The notes under the pieces are model-generated. The model saw nothing but the letters and a program-made list of their open reading frames with translations. It made no database searches and had not been told where the DNA came from. From positions 1,216,001-1,280,000 of the forward strand of contig CAVQBK010000003.1 in NCBI GenBank assembly GCA_963710755.1: DNA of 64,000 nt, given 5' to 3'. This DNA is from an uncultured bacterium. GTDB lineage: Bacteria > Oederibacteriota > JAAXVQ01 > JAUVAV01. The translations under genes and the position numbers were made by a program. Within the stretch, counting starts at the first letter, position 1. Each line of letters opens with the position of its first letter. Below are positions 40,201 through 52,200 of this stretch, piece after piece.

Positions 40201-43200
40201 GGAAAGCGGCATTTTTGTTGCCGCTGATGATCAGACGGCTCATCGTACCATCAAGGCGGTGGAACTTGGCCTCACCCCTGACAAGGCCAAGGACATTCCT
40301 GAAATGACGGCTGTCTTGGCAGATCAATTGTTAACCAAAATTGAGGTCAATAAGATAAAGTTGACCCAGGATAACCGTCAGATCGTCATTCCCACCACTC
40401 TGGATAATGGTTTTGTAAAGGTGATTATTTACGACAAGACCGGCCGCCAGATCACAGATAAAATCATTCACGTGGCTAAAGGCGAAGACATCAAACTTTC
40501 ACAGGAACTTTTTCAGTATGAGAACAATCCTTTTTCATCTGCTTTCGGACCTTTGACCATTACCCTTCAAGCTGGATTAAATGAGGATTTCCTCAGGCCT
40601 GAATTAAGAAAAGCCTTGGATGACAACCCCAATTTAATAAAGTGGAATTGGAACGCTTATTTTACCACCCAGACTGTGCGTATCCGTGTCAACTTATCGC
40701 AGGATGGGAAAATCAAATCCGTTAAAAAATTACCACGGTCCCAACCCGCTGTTCCTGAGACTGAAAATACCGGTTATATGCTCAGCTGGCAGCCGCCCTC
40801 ATGGAAAACGCTCCAGCAAATGGGCGCACGAACACCGGAAGACTTTGACGGCTACCGGTTGATCCTTAAAACCGACCAAGGTGAGACCATTAAAAGAGAC
40901 ATCGACAAAGATTATCCTTATTTTTCCTTAATCAATGTTTTGCCGGAAGGCATCAAGTATTCCTATGAAGTACAGGTCAAAATACGCGGGAAAGCCCAGG
41001 GCGATTTCACGGCCTGGAGCAGCTTCTCGCCTTTGGTGGCCAAGGGGCCGGCACCGGTCGATCCCAATTTGCAGGGGACCCAACCAACCGGCTGGGTGAT
41101 CAATGCGGTGGAGACCACGCCTTCTGAGCAACAACAAGAAAGACGTAAGATTGTGGATGTGGTCATTACAGCGGGCGGTATGGTGGTGTTGGTGCCCAAA
41201 GATTCTGATGCCAGTGATTTTCATTTCCCCGGATATACCGAAGCGGTTTTTAAACTGGGGGAAGAGGTTTATCCCATCGGCCGGACGCAAAAACTTTCCA
41301 AACCTTCGGCTGCCAAGCAAGGGCTTCATGGACAGGAAGTTTTTGCCTCTGATGATGGCCGATTGCGGTATTTGGTAAACCATGTCGCGCTGCCTGAAAA
41401 GAATGTGGTGGTTAATCATTATGCCTGGGAGAATCCAGACCAACAGGGCCCCATTGAAATGAATATTGGTGCCCGTCCGGCTAACAGCGCCGGCAAGGCA
41501 CAGGCAGGAAAAGTAACGGTGGGTGATAAAACCTATGTGGTGATTTTGTTCGGTAATGGTCAATTCATGGCTGTAGACGAAGCCACGGTGGTGCAAAGGG
41601 GCTGGTACGTGGGCAATGAAATGCAGGCCGCCCTAAACGATGATAAAAAAGCCAACCGAAACGAGCACTACACCGGCCATGGTGAAGGCTCGGTCTTTTT
41701 TATTTCCTTACCTAAAGGAGAAGATTTTTCCGTTTACTCCGGCCTGGCCAAAACCATGGATCAGGCAGGGCAATTAGTGGAAAAAGCCACCGCCTATTAT
41801 CAGAATTTTCAAGACCTGCAACAAAGCTTTAGAACACACGGTCCGACGTTGGGAAATCTCCAAACCATGGCCCAGCGAACCGTGCCGGCCTTTATTAATC
41901 CTCAAAATTATCATGTGGGCGAACTGCCGCTGTCATGGACAGGCGGCGATCTACCCAATATCAACCATGCCGACAACATGTGGACCGGTAATGCTTCGGA
42001 AATGCAAATGATGTTATGGCAGCTTTATCAATTATACGGGAATATCCGACTTGGCGATTACACGGTGGAAGAATTGCTGGCCAACAATGCCAAGGTGATT
42101 ACTCAAATGCAAACCCCCACGGGATTGTTCTACTTGCGCTTGAGCCGGGGCATGAGGCTTTATAAAAATGACGAAGGCGGCCAGGTGGCGGACAACAGCT
42201 TAAGTTTGATTATCATGAATGATCAGGATGTCTTGCGAATGCTACAGGGTTACGAGCCTTTGCCTGTAGCCAGCATTGGGGGAATTGAGTTGGCTGTTGA
42301 CGGCCGGAAAGTTCATCCCAATGATGCTTCCCAATACGGCTTCAATTACAAGGAACCCGATTCCTTTAAACCCGATCAACCGGTTATGACTATCCAGCGC
42401 TTTTTTGATTTACGCAGTGGCAGCGGCCAGCATCGTGTTACTGAAAAGGCGACCCTTATCAATGGTATCCGGGGCGTGAAACAAGCCATTGAAGTCACCA
42501 ATACCTCGGAAAAACCAATTCGGCTGACCAAGATGAAAACGGGTTATGTGGATCTGGCAGCTGATCAGTCAGTAACCTTTAATCCACAAAAACTGGCCGG
42601 CATTCCCCAAAGTCCCAATATGATGATCATTCCCGGCTATGATAAGCCGATCTATGCCCAAGATCTGCTCAATGAAGGCAGGGCTAAGCAGCTTCAGGGC
42701 GATGACCTGGTTAAGTATGTCAATGACCGGATCAATGACCTGATTAAACAAGCAGGCGCCAAGAACCTTGTTTTTGCAGGATGGGATGAATTTATTACCA
42801 TGCGTTTTGGGGAACTAAAACCCAATCAACGCCTTGAAGTGGGGGTGGGGATAAGCCCCTTGCGTGCCAATCAACGGGTCAATGAGTTTCTCACGGCCCG
42901 GGTGGTGACCGATATTCCTGAAGACCAGCAAGAACTACAACCGGGTCAAACTTGGGAGGGTGACCCTGTTACTTATGCTCACTTTTTTAATCCTGTTTCC
43001 GTGGTGGACGCAAAAGGCATGCCCGTGGAAATCTATCTTGTTCATGAATGGGAAAAGCGCATGGAAATTTTGGAAGATCCCCATGCCACGGAAGCGCAAA
43101 AAAAAGAAGTCCTTGATGCCATTGCCTTTGATACCAACTATGGTTTTGCAGCTGATGCCTTGGCCATGGGCGCTACCAGCGACTTTTACAAAAACATGGC

Positions 43201-46200
43201 TGAAAATGCAAAAGACCCCCAAAAGAAAAAGGAATACTTGGACCAGGCCCGTTTCTATGGCGACCGGGTCATGTTGGCGGCCATGGCGGCCAAGCAGGCT
43301 TATTGGACGGCGTTGTTCAACAAAAACACGGTCTTGTCAGCCGGGATCATGCGTTTTTACGGTTATCATTTCTGGCTCTTCCAATGGATGGACCAGTATG
43401 CCAACAGCGAGCTGGGCCAAGGCGCGGTGGGCCGTATCCTGGAGGATAAGTTTGTCAATCCCCATGCCAAGGAATGGTTCAAGCAATTAAAGCAGGAAGG
43501 GCAATGGCCCAAACAAATTAAAGACCATCTGGAGTTGAAACTGGATGAACTGGCCCGGTATGTTCATAACCACGGTGAAGTCGGCCGTGAAAAGGTTTAT
43601 GACGTCATTAAAAACAGAACCTATGAAGATTCCTGGAAAGGGTGGGCCTATTTTATTTCGGATATGATCGTGGCTTTAGAGGAAACCCGAGAAAACGCGG
43701 TTGAAGGCGGGGCCCGCCAAAATGAAGGTCCATCGGAAGTTCAACTTGATGATCAAGGGGTTAAAGTGGCCGTGGTGGCTCAGGCTTATGCCATGGCTAA
43801 AAATGATTCCAACCCCGCCAACTTTGATACCAATCGCAAGCGCATGGCTGAATATAAGGCCTTTGCCGAGCGGGCTATTAGCAAATGGTTCCATATCGTT
43901 GAAAAAGGCGATGTTGGCCAGTTGTGGGGCTTTAGAAATTTGGTAGCTCCCCAACATTTTGATAATCAGTTGACCACCTATGGTCAAGTTAATGCTATGC
44001 GAGGTCTGGTAATGACTTCTATTATTTTTGGTGACGAAATGCCCCGAGCCAAAAAGTTGCTTGATCTGGCGTTTGAAAACTTGTTTGAACGTCACAAGGG
44101 CGCCACGGAAACCACCATTTTCAGGACTTTAGGGTTGACCATTTTTGACAATTTGCAGTTGCCCACCAATGGCCATGATACGAACAGTGAAAATTTGCCC
44201 ATTGGCATGCAAATGATGCTGATTCATGCCGCTCATCAGGCAGGCATGGATCTTGATCCCAACAATCCGCTGCAATTTAACCGTGAAACCGGCAAACCCT
44301 TTTTGGCTGGATTGCCGCAAGTGGATAATTATCCCGACAGTTTCTGGGTGGCCCTGGGCGGGTTGGCCTTTATTCTGATGGGTTTTGGCGGGGGTGCGGT
44401 TGCCTGGAATTATCTTAACAGACGCAAAGCCGATAAGCGCATTGAAGAGGACCAGCCTATCGCCAAGGTGGACGGCAAATCGCTCACGGACTTGACCTAT
44501 GACGACTTCAAAGCTTTTTTACCAGCCGAAGTGCTGGACACTTGGTTAAATCCCCAGGCTGTGCCTACTAATCAACTCAATGACCCGCGATCGCTGCCGC
44601 AGTTTTTGAACTGGAAGCGGAGCAATCAAATCTTTGACCCGCGCCAAGCACTGCTGCTGCTGGCCGAGCGCCTGGAAAGTGAACAAAAAGGCAAGGAAAA
44701 TCTCAGACTGAAAACATTGTTGGGAAACCTTGGAGGCATTAAAATGCCCGCTCATATGCGCGGATTGCAATGGGATAAAAATATGCTGGTATCCAGCGGC
44801 AAGGCTTCGCGAGCTACGGTGGCTGCGGTTTACAGAGCTGCAGGGGCAGTGCTTGCCAATTATTTAGGCGATCAGGCAGATGACCAGTCGGTTCGTCGAC
44901 TTTTAGCTGAGATTGACGCCTTGTTACAAAAAACGCAAATACATAAAGAACAAACTAAGGCGGCTGGAGCTGTCACTCAGGCAAATGGGCTTGAAAAACA
45001 ACCACCCACTATGTTAAATCAGGGCCAACAATTGGAAAAAACTTTTGACATTACCAGCCCTGTTATTCAAAGCATTCAAGCCCGGCTCGACCAAGTTCAA
45101 ACCCAGCCGTTGACCCAACGGGGTTGGTTCCACTGGCTCATGGGGCAGCAGCAGAAAGCCATCAAAAAGTGGCTGGCCACTATGCTCAGCTCGCCGCCTT
45201 TTAATTTCCGCCCCTTCTTAATGGTTCCTTTCCTGCCCTGGCGTTTGGAACAGTCCTATACCATGCCCGGTCAGCATTACATGATCATTATGAAAACCCT
45301 GGAACGGCGTATTAAATACCTGACCAAAATTTATGATTACCTGGCCGGCGTCTATAAAGTTAACCGCCAAATTAAGGCGTTGCATAAACAACACGACCGT
45401 TTGGAAGATATCTTTTATCAAGCCGGCCGCCAACCGGACGTTAATCAAACTCGGTTGATGCAATTGAACCAGGAATTAACCCTGAAGAAAAAAGAGATTG
45501 AGATTGCTGAAGCCCTGCGTGATGAAATTCAGAAAACCATCCAGGACCAGGTAAGTACGCCTCTGGTCAGGTTTATGGAGACTCTTCCCGAGGACACCAA
45601 GTGGGCCACTCGTATTGAGGGAAATCTTTCCCGGACCATTAAGGACTATGAAAAAGATCAAGTATTGATAGATCGGAAAATAGCCCAGGCTCAACCTGAA
45701 ACTTTGACGCAAACCATTTTGGGCTGGTTAAAACTGACCGAAGTTTTTAAAAGAGCCCAAAAAGAAGCCAATGCCAAAAACGCAACCAGCTTCAAGGCCC
45801 GCTTCCTGAATAGCCTTTTAGCAGCCCCTTACGCTAACAAGGAAGCCGTGGCGTTGCTGGAACGGGCAGAACTTACGGCCACAGCTTTGTTGCCCTATCT
45901 GGTTCGACAGTTATTGGAAGTGGAAAAAAGCTACCAAGACCGGCTCAAAACCTTGCAAGACCAAATCAGCGAACTTAGTGAAAAGAATAAAGATGTCCGC
46001 GAGCTTGATACGATGAGCATGCAGGTTCGCTTGCTCGAAACCTACTTGCTGCCAAAAATTCATCAGCAGCTTGAAAAAAACTATGCTGATTATCAAAAGG
46101 AAAAAGATACGCTGACAGAAAAGTTGGCAACCGCCTCAACAGCGGAAGAAAGAACCGCGCTGCAATCTGAACTGGATGCACTGAAGATCATTCTGGACGC

Positions 46201-49200
46201 TTTTCCGAGACTGGGCGCTTTCCATTTAGCCATGGATCAGGATTTGGCCGCTCACTTGGCTGAGCTTGATAAGCAATTGAAAAATACACAGAGAAATTTC
46301 ACCACTTTCGATATTGATGAACAAACCCTTTATCAATTGAATGAACACTATACCTTGCTCAATACTTTGGGGGCCAAAATCAAAGACATCAAGGGCCGCC
46401 GTGATCAGTTGGTTGCCGCGGCTGAGACATTAAACATGCCTGTTTCCAACTTCACCTTGGGGCACCGTCTGGGCTCGAACGTTATTGGTAAAGCCCGTGA
46501 GAAGATGGAATTTTTATTCCAGCAGATTGAAAATTACGACGGTGTCCTGAAGGATATTGATGATGCCCGGGCTGCGACCAAAAAGCGTTTGTCTCAAATT
46601 AAAGCTTTTACCCAGTCCCGTTTATACTACTTGACCATGATGACTGATGGCGTCTTGTCTGATGCCTATGATATTACCAATTTCTGGAGAGACAACCAAC
46701 TGCAAACGGATAATGCGGTTGCCAGGGATTATTTTGAAAATGCCATTCTTAGATCTTTGGATCCCGATGAAATGATCAAAGCCTTGAATATTAACATTAA
46801 AAAGGGATTGAAAGAAAGTGATGGTGAGTTTAAGAAACGCGTTGCCGCAACCATCGCCAAGACTGCGGAAGAGATGGACCATCAACAACGGATCGAAGTG
46901 GTGAAATCCTACCTTAATCGTTTGAACGACAGCCAGATCCGGGATTTAATCAGAAACATTCTTTATGATAACAATCTTTATGAAGATAACACCATAGGCA
47001 GCGGTTCCCTTACCAAATTAAAAGATGTGGATCGTTTTCACAAAAACACCAATATTTTCCTCAAATATTTCCCTGACCCTGACTACAGTGCTGTTCCGGA
47101 TCAAGGTTTACGTCAGGCGGTCAACTACCTGGCAGACAATATGCGTATTGACCTCAAAGATCTGCTGCCTGATTATTTCTTGCCATCCTTGCGTTCTTTT
47201 TCATATGTGTGGGGTGTGCGTTTGATCCAATTTGGTATGACCGTGGGCATTATGGCTTCCTTCTCTTTGGTCTTTGCTGATCCTGATACCTATTACCGTC
47301 TTGTAGAAACCATGACCAATATTCCGGGTTTGATTGATTATATTAACCATTTACTAACTTGGCTTCTTGAGAGTGTTGGCTTGGGAGGGAGTTTTCTCTT
47401 TGCCGGCCTGGTGACCCCAGGGAAAATTGAAAAACAAAACATCAGAGGATCTATGTGGCGATATAGTGCCTTTGGGGCCTTCCTGGTCTTAATGGCCTTT
47501 TATCTGAATGCCGCCACCGGTGTATCCATGGGCGGGGTGGTCTTTTTTCTGGTTCACGTCCTCGTGGGCGGCACGTTGCTTTTCCATACCTTGTGGGCAC
47601 CTTCCCACAAATTATATACATTTATATTACAGTTGTTCGGTGTGCGGCCAGAAGCACCAGCCCAATACAGTTTGGATGAATTAAGAAATGAAGTGGACGC
47701 TTATTACCAAAAACATGGTCAGCCTCTAAATCTTATCTTTTTAAAACCAAAATTCGGGAGTGATCCCAGTGACTATCAAGAATATATAAACTTTCTGAAG
47801 CGTGATGTGGCGTTCATGGCCGACAGCCTGCGCTATTTACCCCATCTCCATGTGACCCTGTCCTCTCCCAGCTTGGCACCGGGCCATGGTTTGGAAGCTT
47901 TTCAGAAAGCGGCTTTGGCCAGTTTCCAAAACTACATTAAATCTACTTATCCTGACATTGCCGATCAATTGCATATTGCCTACTTCCCCGTGAACCGCGT
48001 TTGGTCTTCCAAACCGGGTCAGTTGGAAAGGTTTGAAGTCTTTTTATCCGACTTGTACACCACCTACGGCACGCGTCTGAAAAAAGGGTTGTACGGTAAT
48101 TCGGGATTAACTATTGGGGGCAAACAGTTTGCCCAGGTGGGCGGCGACAATCTTTTGCTCCTAGTCGGCGGCCCCGGTAAAGTTAAAAATGTGACTCAAC
48201 AAGACAAAATCATTGAAACCAACCAAGACCTGCTGGATGCCATCCATAACGGCGATCGTCTGGAGCCAGTGGATAAAGAGGCGTGGGAACAATGGGTTTA
48301 TGATCCCATGCGGGTCGTGGCCAATAGCGATGACAAGAATTCCTGGGGCCTGACCGGAGAAATGGGGCTGCAGGGTTCGACCATGCTTTCCTATTTGCGG
48401 GTGATGTTCAAAAACCCCAATATCTATATGGCCCTGCCTACGATTTATGTCACCAAACCGACCATGAAGAGCAAGACTTATTCCAGCCCGTGGCTCTATA
48501 TTGCCGATCTGGCCCGTACCTATAACACCATCTCCGAAGTAGTCATGATGTGGATATATAAAGGTGCGTATGGGCATTATGGCAAAAGCATGCTCCAGCC
48601 CGGTCAGCATGCCCGTACCATCTATAAATCAGAACATTTGCATCCGGATAAACAAACCTCCCATGATTATCAGGAAGCTATTGCCATGATGAAGGCTAGG
48701 GTTATTATCGGATCGGTGCTCTCCAAACTTCGGGTCACTATTTTGAATGCCAAATCCTATTTGTTCTCCCACCGTCTGGGAGACCGCAAACATGTCTATA
48801 AATTGCAGCGTGAGGGCATGACCCTGAGAATTTGGGAACATAACCCCGGTAGTCCAACCCAGACTGTTCAATCGGACGGCCAAATCCTGGCTAAGTCGGC
48901 TGATGGTTTTGTGCCTACCATGGCCTTTAAAGATGTCCTGGCCAAAGTGATCCTGACGGCTGCGGCTGAACGGAAACTATTGAATGAAGATCCTGATGTG
49001 GTGCAAGGCCAAGAATGGTCGATCCAATCCATCGCCCCTCTGGGCAATGAAGATCATTATGAAATCGTGGTGCGTATGGGTGAGGGGGAAGAGGCTAAAG
49101 AGGCCAAATTTCAATTTTTATTTGACGCAAACGGTGGAGTAAGTTTGACCAGCAATAATATGATGTCAAAACCGGCCTGGTTTTCACCGCAAGATATGCG

Positions 49201-52200
49201 TAAGTACATGGATATCATTATCCGCCATGCAGTGATGTCCAATATCGAAGACAAAGGCTCGGTTGGTGAACGTGACCTGCGCATGCCTATTTCCTTCTTC
49301 TTGCGTGATGGTCGCTGGGTGGTGGGGGACTGGCAAATGCTGCTCACCGAAGGCCCCTATGATAAATATTTAAGTCCCCGCGAACTTTTTCATTATGTGT
49401 TGCTGAAGCGGCGGCTTTATTTGGATGCCGTGTTTTTGATCTTTAGTATGTATTTTCTGACCATTGCCTTGACAGGCTATATGACTCTCAGTAATTTTGG
49501 ACTGGCCACTACTATTCTGATCATCACCAATGTGGCTATTATCGGCGTGGACAAATTATTCCTGCCTTTTGGCGAAAGTTTAAAGGATTACAGGAAAATA
49601 ATTTGGGATGAGCCCACCTTGCGGGGGCGGTTCATACAATTCCTGAAGCAGGGCGGATTTCTGGTCAAGTTGACATTCAATACGCTCAATTTTGGGGTTC
49701 GTGTTACTTTGTATACCACCTTGGTCTCACTTATGAATTTGTGGATCATGGGCTTTGTGGTGGCTAAAGTCATTAAAGCCGGCAGAGAGGGAGCTAAGAT
49801 CGAATGGAAAGGTCTGGACAATGCTACCCTGGCTCAAATGGAATTCAAAATGCTATTCCCGGCTTTCTTGAACCGCTTTTTCGAAGGTAAGCTGGTGAAA
49901 TCCCATTACAATACATTTACCCGGCCCTGGAGAGTCGGATTGGCCGCAGTGGCCATTCTGGCCGGCGCCGGCTATGTTGGTCTGATTTTGACAGGCACTT
50001 TATATACCGGCATTGGCATCATGATTCTAAGTTGGTTGGTGGCACCGCTGGTTATGTATATTGCCTCTCAGGGCAAAGAAGGTAAATGGCGCGAGAAACT
50101 CTATTTCCCATTCTTATTGGGGTACATGGCGCTTTTCATAGGCGTGCTTGGTCCTTACTACCAATGGGAACCTCTTCTGCGCGTGGTACTCAGTCTGTAT
50201 TCTTTGTTCGTGACTTTCTTTATCTTTGAATTCACGCCCATGCTGCCCAAACGAATTAAGACGGCCGGACAAAATTTAAAACAAAGTTCGAAAGGACAAA
50301 TTTGGCTGGCTATGGCAATGACCGCATTGATTGCTGGAGGTGTGGTTTATCAGGAAGATCTGAAACAATGGACCAGTACCATTCCGGCCAGGACTCAGCG
50401 AGTCATTGATGAAGCTAAATATATCCTGCACAGCCAAGTTCCATGGCTTCCGATTGACTTTGCAAAAGGTACTTCCATCACACCAACTACTGCCGAAGGC
50501 GGACAGGCACCTCAGGGAAAAGAGGAGAAGAAGCAGAGCACGGCTGCGCCGGTTCAGGGCAACCGGCTGCTCCAGCCCAAAAATAAAGAAGAAAAACCTG
50601 CCGTTAACCCCTCCGCTACTATTCCAAATACTGATGAAGGCGGGAAGGCACCGCAGGGAAAAGAGAAGAAGCCGAGCACGGTGGCTGCGCCGGCCCAGAG
50701 CAACCTGCAGCCTCAGTCCAAGACCAGAAAAGAACAACCAGCTGTTGATCTCTCTGCTACTATTCTAAATGGGAGTATGGCATTTACTAATAATAAACTT
50801 CAAGTACAGCAAGTTGATATTGAACATTGGCGTAAGGATCAGGCAATCCCAGATAAAGAAGCATTTTTTAAGAATTATTTAAAACTTTTACACATGTATG
50901 GTCAGTCTTCAGTGACAGGGAAAAATGCCGGTGATTTGGCCTTTTGGGCTGCAAAAACTAGTCGTGGTGAGATGACTTTTGAACAAATAGAATATAATGA
51001 ACTGCCTCCGGCCAAGGCGGCGGTAGAAGTTGATGAAACCTCTGTCCCGGCGGCCACGCATAGTAGTAAGCCATTATTCTCAGCCGGCATGGATGCTGCA
51101 GCTAAAAAAGCATATGTTAAAAAGTTGCTGCAAGCCTATTTGCATGAACGGGTAAAATTCCGTGATCCCAACAAGGATTACCCCCTTGATTATCCGGCCA
51201 AAACTGATGAAACCAATGCCACTAATATTGGCTTTGATCTGGTTCAAACCGTGGTGGCGCAACAGATTAATGGTGAAATTAAGCAGAAAGAAGCCTTAAC
51301 CCATTTGCGCAAAGTGTTGCGTCATTTACTAAAGGAACCGCAGACCAGCGGTTTCTTCCCGAATCATCTTAGTCTCAAAGGGCAAACACCAGTGCCCGAT
51401 AATCCGCAAGCTTTGTCGGACAGCAATAAAATTATTCCGGGCTTAATTATGGTATGGCATGCTTACAAGGGAACAGAAGTGGGAAAAATGGCCTATCAGC
51501 TATTGAACCGGATTGATTGGTCCAAGTTATATGATGCGTCCCACAACGCCCTGAGATTTATGTTTGATGTAAAGACCGGCCAGTGGAGCGGAGGGCCACG
51601 GGTATGGCTGGGCAGTGATTTGCGGCTGCCTTACATCATCGGCACGGCTATTGGCCAGTTGCCAATGAAATCACTTGACCTCATTAGCGGTCGTCCTGAC
51701 ACCAAACCCGGCGAAATAAGAGAAACCAAACAGTTCGGTTTGTTTATGCCCATGATGGACGGTTTGTTCCTGTCGGTAGCTGAAAAAGGCACCATTGTGG
51801 AAAAATGGGCAGCAGATCAAGCGTGGGCACAATTTGAACACGCAGCAGAGAGAGGGGCACCTTTAACCTTTAATTCGAGTTCTATTAATCCCAATAACTA
51901 TAGCTACAATGCCAATTTCACCGGTGCTGGGATCAATATTGTCTCCCCCCATGCTGTGGCCTTGGCCAGCCGGTTTTATCCTAATGTTGCCACTGAGGAA
52001 TTTGAACGGATGGATGCCATGGGTATGCGTGGTCAATTTGGCTTTAGTGATGCTATTGATGTTACGACCGGTAAAATGGCAGGAGAAGATCGTGCGGTTG
52101 GCGGTCCCAATAACGCCATGACCTATTTAAGTCTCACCAACCTGTTTGCAGGCGGGCAAGTGGTTAGCCAGTACTTTACTAATGCCCTTTCCGATTATAT

